From Chiloscyllium plagiosum (taxonomy: Eukaryota), in contig NC_057756.1 of assembly GCF_004010195.1 (NCBI RefSeq), forward strand, positions 10,177,289 to 10,224,356: a DNA stretch of 47,068 bases, written 5' to 3'. Positions 42,001 through 47,068 of this stretch are shown here, piece by piece (the first letter of the stretch is position 1; every line of letters starts with the position of its first letter). Under the pieces are notes generated by a model, which saw nothing but the letters and a program-made list of their open reading frames with translations, ran no database searches and was not told the DNA's origin. The translations under genes and the position numbers were made by a program.

Positions 42001-44117
42001 TGTTTTGGCTTTGTTCTTCACCTCATCTTTCTGGGAGAGTCAAGTGTTCTGGAATTTCACTTTTTTGTGTTGTATTGTGTCTCGCTGCCTTTCCTTTTGT
42101 ATATATTTCCCTTTGTGTATGTGTTCTAACAAAGTGTCATTGTAAGTACTTTGCTTCCCTGGTCACCCAGTGGTGGCTGTGCTCTGGGTTAAGGCTACAT
42201 CCAGTTGGCCCTGTTTCCTGTTGTACACAGACCATTGCTATGCAGTTATGATGACTGTGTGTGTCTCTGGGTCCCACCTGGTCATTACGCCCCTGAGTTA
42301 TTGGGCAGTTGGGTCTGGCAAGCATGTAAAGGTGGACAACTTTATGTGGAAAGTGGGGGGAAAAAAAAGCAGTTTTGGCAGTTAGCATCCTGAAAGCCCT
42401 AGCAATGACCCTGTATCTGCTGAGTGGTAAAAACGGATGTCCTTGGTTGTGAATGGAGTTTTGTTTTTATATTTTGTTTTCTTATGGCTTGTTCTAATAG
42501 TGATCCAAGTCTCTCAACCACGTGGTGTATTGAGTTGGTTCTAGATGTGACTTTTTTGTCATTTGGAATTTTAGAGTTTTGGGTTTTTCACTGGCGGGTG
42601 GATCTTTCCATTATTTGTGATTGTCCAACTTCATTTATCCCCCTCTCTGTTTTGTTGCACATTTTTTGGTATTGGCCGTGGTTCAAAAATATCGAAGTCA
42701 CTGGAATTGGCAATATTGCTGGTATAGTGGCATTGAAGCTGGGAAATTGTCAAGTCCATTGGAGGTCACAGATGGAAGAAAGGAAACCGACTGGCTCGTG
42801 ACTTTAGACCCCACACTCCAACCTTGTTAATTTGTGCAAACCCCTCATACAATAACCCACTCAGCATGCTTGTGGTCAACCAACAAGAAAATGCAACCCA
42901 CCCCCCCCCCCCGCCCCCCAACAATACTCGGAACAAACCGGGGTGAGCTGTACTCTGAATTTTTTTTTTGTTTAAAAATGGTCTGGTTGTTGTATGACAC
43001 GGCATTTTTATTTTATCCCATTGCGACTTTGGCAATTTACCAGAGCAGCAGTGGGAATACAAGGAGGCCATTCAGTCCTGATTGAGCTACTATCTATTGT
43101 TCAATTCCTGCCTGCACCCTCCGTCTTGGTGCACACGCACCGACACATGCGCAAGCACAGGCAGACACACTGACTCACACAAGCGCTCACAGATGCACAT
43201 GCACAGGGGCATATACAGGCACATCGAGAGCCCCCAGGAGGAGGTCTCTTAAACCCCTTGTCCACAAGATTCAATTGATAGTTTTTCATTTTGAATTTTT
43301 AAAAAATGTTTAAGCGGACAGTTCCTAGCTTTTTGCTCTTTTCTGGGGAAAGGGGGAGGAGGGGTGAGAAGCGATGGAGGATCGGGAAGGAGAGAGAGAG
43401 AGAGAACTTTGCATTCCCCTTATTACTGTGAGTAAAAGCTTCTTTGACCCCCCAAACACCAACCTACCTCTCTACCCGAACCATGGGCATAGGTGTTGGG
43501 AGCAAGGCAATGATGGTTGTCCGACCGCGATTTCTGTAGTTGTGTAGAGTGGGAAACATTTGTGGGCTTGTTGCTAAGGAGATGCCGGATGACCGGGAAC
43601 CTCCCCGATGTGTTTTTATCTCACCCCAGAGAAACAGTTGCCGCAGCCGAGCAACGTGGGAGCGATTGTGGGCGGCGTGATTGGTGGGATCTTGGCACTC
43701 TTGCTCATCGCCGGCCTGGTTGCCTACTTCCTGCACAAACGCCAGCGCGGGGCAGCCGGCTCCTATGAGACCAAGAAGCGGGTCTTCGGCACTGGGAATG
43801 GCGCACCCCAGCCCGAGTACACGTACCGGCCGGACTCTGACTCAGAGAGGGTGCCCAGTGCCACCGTGACAACCAGCTCCACAGTGGTGGGCCACCACAC
43901 TGGTGAGGCGGAGAAGCTGCTGACCAGTGAAGCACCTGATTATGAGAACTTCAAGAACAGCCAGAAGGAGGAGGAGGAGGACGACAAGGAACTGGGTAGC
44001 TCCAAGGGACCCGCTCTGTCCCTCCCAGGCCACCCTCGGGATGAGATACAAATGGAGGACGATATGGAATCTCAACGAGATGGCTCCATCATCTCCAAGA
44101 GGGCTGTCTACGTCTGA
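5955..44117 (+). CDS. NECTIN2: Nectin-2/PVR-like cell adhesion molecule, alpha-type isoform; spliced CDS join(5955..6006,28946..29296,30714..31007,32131..32248,33640..33788,43630..44117), 483 aa
   Basis: Exon lengths 52+351+294+118+149+488=1452 nt join into one open frame with GT-AG introns of phase 1,1,1,2,1. The V domain has the PVR-family motifs VTQ, A-X6-G (AVYNPDFG) and TYP. The C-terminus DDMESQRDGSIISKRAVYV closely resembles recalled mammalian nectin-2 alpha (DDMESQLDGSLISRRAVYV) and fits the afadin-binding E/A-x-Y-V motif. Family is near certain; the exact orthologue is an inference. Confidence 0.88.
7040..7330 (+). mobile_element. Old L2-like LINE 3' remnant
   Basis: tcctcatccttgttttcaaat...tgtaacctcctccagc; reverse-complement relatives at about 31900-32050 and 45830-46060. 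Confidence 0.45.
7376..7491 (+). mobile_element. Decayed Penelope-like terminal repeat (hammerhead core mutated)
   Basis: Colinear with 25807-25880, but the core reads CTGGGGA...AAAA. Confidence 0.65.
7558..7882 (-). mobile_element. SINE family B
   Basis: Reverse-complement similarity to 1430-1790. Confidence 0.7.
7900..8530 (+). mobile_element. Degenerate CR1-type LINE with a LINE-B tail (minus strand, about 8070-8155) inserted
   Basis: CR1-like ggaatattgtgcacagttt, and KGHSSKI...FKHELGRFL; the insert reads LQRFKKAADHHL on the minus strand. Confidence 0.55.
8757..8963 (-). mobile_element. HE1-type SINE, 3' part
   Basis: Similar to 3503-3700. Confidence 0.8.
9553..9837 (+). mobile_element. 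HE1-type SINE
   Basis: gtggctcagtggctagccctgctgcctca...cagtccaaagaggtgcaggtt...ttctatga. Confidence 0.85.
10222..10422 (-). mobile_element. CR1-type LINE 3' end
   Basis: Reverse-complement match to about 2630-2839, with a (gtcata)n terminal repeat. Confidence 0.8.
10618..11129 (+). mobile_element. CR1-type LINE fragment that is an inverted duplicate of 12906-13248
   Basis: Reads RNFLGQRVVNLWNSLPQNAVE and shares a chimeric junction with the reverse complement of 13141-13248. Confidence 0.8.
11660..12002 (+). mobile_element. Old DeuSINE-type (SacSINE1-like) SINE
   Basis: ttgcagtttgctggagctggctgcgcgcaaattggttgcagcatttcctaca...gttctgaggtcacaaagggcac...aaatgcaac. Family assignment is from recall. 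Confidence 0.55.
12185..12396. mobile_element. Tigger/pogo-like non-autonomous DNA transposon (MITE)
   Basis: Imperfect terminal inverted repeats caggtattcccctgc / gcgggcgatacctg; right flank TA, left flank TG; AT-rich interior. Confidence 0.5.
12452..13190 (-). mobile_element. CR1-type LINE 3' fragment nested in the older CR1, itself split by an HE1 SINE
   Basis: Minus ORF DYKSRDILLRLYKALVKAHSEY; tail cataagagcagatattaggccattcggccc at 12458. Confidence 0.78.
12501..12813 (+). mobile_element. HE1-type SINE, near full length, with duplicated 5' head
   Basis: ggcacggtggctca-ctgg-ggtggcacagtggttagc, B box ggttcaattcc, tail gtagggaatctaat. Confidence 0.9.
13585..13759 (+). mobile_element. Penelope-like terminal repeat with hammerhead-type core, inserted in CR1
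   Basis: CTGAGGA (13627-13633)...GAAA (13649-13652) CGTT, with helix I agggtt/aactct; the rest matches the right arm of the 4480 element. Confidence 0.7.
14326..14560 (+). mobile_element. tRNA-derived SINE, family C
   Basis: A box tagctcagttgg, B box ggttcaatcc; flanked by an imperfect 14-bp TSD tggcgaatgtctgg / tggtgaatgtgtgg. Confidence 0.75.
16811..16915 (-). mobile_element. CR1-type LINE extreme 3' end
   Basis: Reverse complement of about 2737-2835. Confidence 0.85.
17480..18255 (-). mobile_element. Degenerate CR1-type LINE 3' fragment split by an HE1 SINE
   Basis: agaattccacagattt...gaagaaatatttcctc pattern as in other minus-strand CR1 copies. Confidence 0.65.
17546..17880 (+). mobile_element. 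HE1-type SINE
   Basis: ggtggctcagtgtttaacactgctgcctc...cagtccaaagatgtgcaggtt. Confidence 0.82.
18515..19181 (+). mobile_element. LINE family B 3' fragment fused to the SINE-B 3' half
   Basis: tcaaaatcctagaactccctcc...ggactgcagcggttcaagaaggcagct (GLQRFKKAA), as in 29490-30100, followed by SINE-B body and tail. Confidence 0.7.
20339..20760 (-). mobile_element. CR1-type LINE 3' fragment (distinct subfamily)
   Basis: Minus ORF MDRERLFPRMVMASTRGHSFKLRSDRYRTDVRGSFFTQ; tail atagaacattacagc. Confidence 0.85.
21599..21807 (-). mobile_element. CR1-type LINE 3' end nested in CR1
   Basis: Reverse-complement match to about 2635-2835. Confidence 0.85.
22469..23815 (-). mobile_element. Candidate solo LTR (about 526 bp), split by a CR1 insertion
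   Basis: The insert in CR1 starts TG and ends CA (minus strand TGAGA...CAACA). It has a repeated 15-16-bp motif and minus-strand CCAAT boxes; the TSD is imperfect. Confidence 0.55.
22537..23350 (-). mobile_element. CR1-type LINE 3' fragment with 7-bp TSD cagtata
   Basis: Minus ORF VKKANVMLSFILRG...LVRPHLEYCVQIWAPHLRKD; cagtata at 22530-22536 and 23351-23357. Confidence 0.9.
24649..24675. repeat. C27 homopolymer
   Basis: 27 consecutive C bases. Confidence 0.95.
25350..25880 (+). mobile_element. Penelope-like element 3' part: GIY-YIG endonuclease fragment plus terminal repeat
   Basis: From 25413 the frame reads KFTCTATHIIYCIRCTRCGLLYIGETGRLLAERFREH...PVAEHFN (IIY...YIG, RxxEH), followed by a C-rich UTR and a hammerhead motif. 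Confidence 0.88.
25805..25845 (+). ncRNA. Minimal type-I hammerhead ribozyme-like motif (Penelope-associated)
   Basis: CTGAAGA (25810-25816), extra A, helix II GGGC-TTAT-GCCC, GAAA (25830-25833), then palindromic ACGT and a GTT cleavage triplet. Helix I is weak; activity unproven. Confidence 0.6.
26165..26366 (+). mobile_element. HE1-type SINE, 3'-truncated
   Basis: ggtggttcggtggtttgcactattgtctctcagcgccaggga...gtggagtttgcatgttctcc. Confidence 0.78.
26367..26762 (-). mobile_element. CR1-type LINE 3' fragment
   Basis: Reverse-complement match to about 2440-2839. Confidence 0.85.
26965..27102 (+). mobile_element. HE1-type SINE 3' remnant
   Basis: aggtgaattagccatgggaaat...cattgtagggattctatga. 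Confidence 0.65.
27535..27722 (-). mobile_element. CR1-type LINE 3' end with an internal 26-bp tandem duplication (27649-27700)
   Basis: gacccttcgatc...ccatttgccagcacctggccc; ttaaaccttt(a/c)ctattcatat(c/a)ccca occurs twice. Confidence 0.8.
27725..28057 (-). mobile_element. HE1-type SINE
   Basis: Similar to 3503-3840. Confidence 0.85.
28946..29296 (+). CDS. NECTIN2: Nectin exon 2, Ig V-set domain
   Basis: Acceptor cttactcactacag|TT, donor CTAG|gtagga. Encodes LRCQF...VTQITW...DDGIYSCEFATYPDG, the canonical Ig-V C-W-DxGxYxC pattern. Confidence 0.96.
29485..30100 (+). mobile_element. LINE family B 3' fragment in nectin intron 2
   Basis: Colinear with 18515-19030; ends LHQFKKAA followed by a decayed tail. 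Confidence 0.72.
30714..31007 (+). CDS. NECTIN2: Nectin exon 3, second Ig (C-type) domain
   Basis: Pyrimidine tract plus cacag|CC, donor CAGT|gtaagt. Encodes AKPEN...ARCVSANGKPPATINW...TVTSEY...LTCVV. Confidence 0.96.
31438..31708 (+). mobile_element. HE1-type SINE in intron 3
   Basis: cagtggttagcactgctgcttcccagcgc...ggttcgattt...aattctatga. Confidence 0.82.
32131..32248 (+). CDS. NECTIN2: Nectin exon 4, first half of third Ig domain (YAPIVSIEGYDENWYLDREHASLTCSAKANPQTLNYKWL)
   Basis: Acceptor gaattttcag|AT, donor CT|gtgagt (phase 2). Contains the nectin-typical GYDxNWYL and LTCxAxANP motifs. Not in the ORF track. Confidence 0.95.
32900..33210 (+). mobile_element. CR1-type LINE 3' fragment (subfamily of 2873-3046)
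   Basis: tttaaggtgaaggggcaggcagttt...ggatgagcactt...tgaaatgtt. Confidence 0.7.
33421..33574 (-). mobile_element. Penelope-like terminal-repeat insertion with perfect 13-bp TSD
   Basis: attctgcttatag at 33408-33420 and 33575-33587; the minus strand carries CTGATGA-A-GGGC-TTTT-GCCC-AAAA-TGTC. Confidence 0.85.
33640..33788 (+). CDS. NECTIN2: Nectin exon 5, second half of third Ig domain
   Basis: Acceptor ctctctccacag|G, donor CGTG|gtgagt. Encodes NGKPLP...NGTFTCEVTNSLG...VVVR. Confidence 0.95.
35290..35915 (+). mobile_element. CR1-type LINE 3' fragment
   Basis: ORF RGDLTEVYKIMR...FKVRGEKFK; tail ggtctgtttccatgctgtatg. Confidence 0.82.
36545..36868 (-). mobile_element. SINE family B
   Basis: Reverse-complement similarity to 1430-1790. 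Confidence 0.75.
37340..37636 (-). mobile_element. HE1-type SINE (lacks extreme 5' end)
   Basis: agaatctctgcaatgtgg...gaggaaacccatgcagacactgggagaacgtgc...ggaatcgaacccgggtccctgg. Confidence 0.85.
38395..38960 (-). mobile_element. Old DeuSINE-type remnant with an unclassified GC-rich segment (about 38597-38790)
   Basis: cttgcatttgtatggagcctt...cagccaatgg...gtggcagcc resembles 5128-5240. Confidence 0.4.
39328..39805 (+). mobile_element. CR1-type LINE 3' fragment
   Basis: MLPGLEGLSCRERLSRLGLFSLE...LIEVYKIMRG, followed by the conserved tail. Confidence 0.88.
41180..41610 (+). mobile_element. Very degenerate CR1-type LINE 3' fragment
   Basis: aaattcacaaaactggctccagggttgagg...agaaccaaaggacacc...ggaccgaatagcctc, in the same order as other CR1 copies. 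Confidence 0.5.
43630..44117 (+). CDS. NECTIN2: Nectin terminal coding exon 6: TM helix and cytoplasmic tail with PDZ-binding motif AVYV
   Basis: Acceptor tttttatctcaccccag|AG. TM segment GAIVGGVIGGILALLLIAGLVAYFL followed by basic HKRQR, an acidic run EEEEDD, and ISKRAVYV then stop. Confidence 0.95.
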
Positions 44118-45620
44118 GGGTCCGAAAGCCCTGGCCCCACCACCCCCTCCATCTACGCCCCAGCACCCCCCCACCCCAAAATGAATCAGACAGCATCACT
44201 ACCCCACTTCATTTGTCCTTCCCAATAAACTTGGGGGTGGGGTGTATCATCAGTGACTCCGTGAGCTGCAGTGTGCACATGTTAATAAGATGGCAATCTA
44301 AGGGGGAAAAGTGTCAGGACCCAAAAGTCTGGACTGACAGCTGTCATAATGGCAGTGGAACTTGGGAGGGGTAGGGATTGGGGGTAGTGTAGGTAAAGGG
44401 ATCTGTATCTGAATTGAGTTAGGGCTGGGGGGGTTGGTATGGGTGGGTATGACTGATTAGGTCTGATGTCTGCACTGAGAGTCACACTGTTCATTTTTAA
44501 CAAAAAAAGTGGAATTGAGGAAGGGTTGGGCAAAAGCGAGGAGGAGGTGTGGTCGATTAATATCTGGCCTGGCTGGGGGAGGGGTTAGAGTCTGAAGGAC
44601 TTTTTTTTTCCCTCTACTGCTCAAACGTTGCACCATCACCCAATCCCACGCCAAACATTTGGGCTTCCTCCGACATCAAACCCCAGGAACAAATCACCGT
44701 TCCAGCCTCCCAGCTCCAAAATCAGAGTATGCAACTGGTCTGTCGATACTTACTCTGGTTGGTGTGAACTTACCCCTAAGACGATGTATGTCTGTCTCAC
44801 CCGCTCTTTCCCCCCCCCCCCCCCCCCATTAAATTTGGCATTCAGAAGAGTTTTGTGCAGGGGAAGGGATGGGAAATGCTGTGCTTTTTTTTTCATTATT
44901 GTCCCTTTTGCAATTTCCGTCCTGGACTGGAACCTTCCAGGTGGCCACTTCCTTGCTTTTCCAGCCACCTGAAGCTTTTTCCGTGAAACGGGTTCCGGGC
45001 TCCTGATTCTTTTTTGTTCCCTCTGCGTTTTTACATCATTTCTCCCCCCCCCCCCCCCCACTTTTTTGCAAGGACTCACGGGTGTGGGGGAAGATGTAAA
45101 AACGCAGAGGGAAAAGAAAATCCCATGCTGCCGAAGATCCAAGCCTATCCCACCTGGGCCAGGTGTAAGACCAGACTTGTGTCAGGTTTTATTTTGAGTC
45201 GCTCTACTTCATTTTTTTTTTCTTTTCTTTTTGTTTTCTATTTTTAACAAATGTGAAGGCTTCCCACTTTTAATGTTTGAGTCACACAATGTGCTGTTTT
45301 TGTCTCTGGAGTTTAAACAATAAGGTACGTGCTGTGTTGCCTAAGTGTCCCCCACACAGTGCAATGTAATAAAGCCAGGAGGGATATCAGAGGCTGACCG
45401 TTTGATTAGGAATAATCTCTGGAAGCATTGTATTTCGTTTTACGATGTGGACTACTGGGAAGAATAGGTTGTCGGAACTAAATGAAGTTAACTAGCATCC
45501 TGATTTGAGTTGATTTGATCCCAAACACAAACCATTTTTAGAATGTTTTAGACTTCCCTCGGTGCATCTGTATATTTTTTTGTGAATATATATATATTAA
45601 AAAAATTTTCCAATTTGCTT
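44118..45620 (+). other. Probable nectin 3' UTR with alternative poly(A) signals
   Basis: No recognisable TE. AATAAA at 44224-44229 and 45368-45373; ATTAAA at 45596-45601 has an upstream TGTA and downstream GT/T-rich sequence. Confidence 0.55.
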
Positions 45621-46894
45621 TGCCTCTGTTTTGTGTTTCAAAGAAATACTTTCTATCGTGTGGTTGTGTTTCATATTTAAGGTTTCGGTTTTAGGGTGGG
45701 TCACCAACTTGCATTGACATAGCATTCTTTTTGTTTTTAAACTGAGTAAAACTGCCCGGAGGATTGCATGTCAGGCATTCGTTTGACCCTGAGCCCGTCG
45801 AAGTGACCAGAAAGTTTGGTCAAAGATAGGAGTTGGAAGGAATATTTTGAAGACCAGATTGGGGGAAGATGGGTGAATTCCTGAGCTCCGAGCCCCAGAG
45901 AGCTGAAGGCATGGCCACCAGTGGCAGTGCAATAGGAAGCTGGAGGAGTGGGGTGATCTTGGAAAGCTTTACTGGCTGGAGGAGGTTACAGAGATAGGAA
46001 GGGGTGTAGGGGCTGGATGAGGAGGTGAACGAGGTGGGATTGAGGTGTAAGGGCTGCCTCTCTGAGTAGTCCCTCTGATGTTGTCACAGTATTCAGAGGA
46101 TATGGAAAGACATGAGGGAATTGAGTTACTTGAGAGTGTCTGCATAAAGGATGATTGTGGGGATGTGGTGAGAGGGCAGTTATCTTCGCTGGAGTGTCGA
46201 TTCCTTCTCCACATGCCACACAAGAGGCCAGTAACTGTCCAGCTCAGTACTGGTAGCGAGCTGCAAACCCAGAAGGGGTGAGCTGAGATTTCTGTTTTCT
46301 GTGACAGATTGCTGCCTGCAGCCACACCGCACTCCTGTTCAGCTGTGTGAACTTTGAACTGATTTGTGCTGGTGTGTTCCTGATTGAGTTATTGAATGCC
46401 AGCAGATGTTTAAAAAGTGAGCAGGGTGTGTGTTAACTGTTGCCTGTTCTCGGTGAGCTCCTTTACAACTTGAGTTAGTATCTCTAACTACAAACAGTAT
46501 TACCGTAACATCTCCTTTGGTCAGTCTGTGACCTCTGTCTTAATGGGGCAATACTGGTATAGATGGGCAGATGAACCTCTCTGTGTCTCTCTCTCTGTCC
46601 ATATGATGGAAAGGGCTCTGTGTGGAAGGGCCTGTGAGCTGAGTGTATTTGCAGATTGCAGTGAGTTTAATGTATTCGTTGGCTGTCTTCCACTTTTTAA
46701 CTGGAAGTTGTGAGGGTGACAAATAATCAGCTGGCTCCTGGGGTGGGAGTGGGAAGGGGAAGGTTCTATTTTTAGAGATGCAGCAGGAAGAAATTTCACA
46801 ATTTCATTGAAAAATTGAACATAAAAACTGGACGAGTCAGCAGCCCCTGCGTGCACAGTAAGATCCCACTGACTTGTCCAGTGGATTGAGTCAA

Positions 46895-47068
46895 TAGACA
46901 ATTGGTGCAGGAGTAGACCATTCAGACCTTCGAGCCTGCACCGCCATTCAATATGATCATGGCTGATCATTCCTAATCAGTATCCTGTTCCTGCCTTATC
47001 TCCATAACCCTTGATTCCACTATCTTTGAGAGCTCTATCCAACTCTCTCTTAAATGAATCCAGAGAGT
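46895..47068 (-). mobile_element. CR1-type LINE 3' end (continues past window)
   Basis: gcaggagtagaccattcag...ccgccattcaatatgatcatggctgatc...tctccataacccttgatt, similar to 22545-22700. Confidence 0.8.

Noticed and set aside
42424..42801. 125-aa hydrophobic ORF as an alternative TM exon
   Set aside because: T-rich composition explains the hydrophobicity; there is no clear acceptor, no basic stop-transfer cluster and no nectin-like tail.
43842..44174. Antisense ORFs over nectin exons (also 28933-29160, 30685-31044)
   Set aside because: They are shadows of the sense coding sequence with no independent gene signals.
46308..46360. Acceptor tctgttttctgtgacag as the first delta-isoform exon
   Set aside because: In the required phase it hits a stop after about 16 codons and encodes no TM helix.

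Overview
This is eukaryotic vertebrate DNA, most likely from a shark or other elasmobranch (inferred from HE1-type SINEs, HER1/CR1-type LINEs and Penelope-like elements; the species cannot be read from the sequence). The window holds one complete, spliced, + strand protein-coding gene that the ORF track shows only in pieces: a nectin-2/PVR-like Ig-superfamily adhesion molecule. It has 6 coding exons (5955-6006, 28946-29296, 30714-31007, 32131-32248, 33640-33788, 43630-44117) with GT-AG introns and consistent phases, giving 1452 nt and 483 aa: signal peptide, V domain, two C-type Ig domains, TM helix and a cytoplasmic tail ending AVYV. Most remaining sequence is decayed retroelements, often nested several deep: CR1-type LINEs, at least four SINE families, Penelope-like RT and GIY-YIG fragments with hammerhead-ribozyme-type terminal repeats, a probable solo LTR and a Tigger-like MITE. 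The items most worth a second look are the hammerhead motifs inside the nectin introns, a tRNA-Lys plus SINE composite inserted into a LINE tail, a candidate solo LTR, an inverted duplication crossing an insertion junction, a 16x49-bp minisatellite grown inside a Penelope terminal repeat, and an ISRE in the nectin promoter. I see no evidence for a new protein-coding system. Family names and cross-species comparisons come from recall, not database searches, and repeat boundaries are approximate unless TSDs are quoted.
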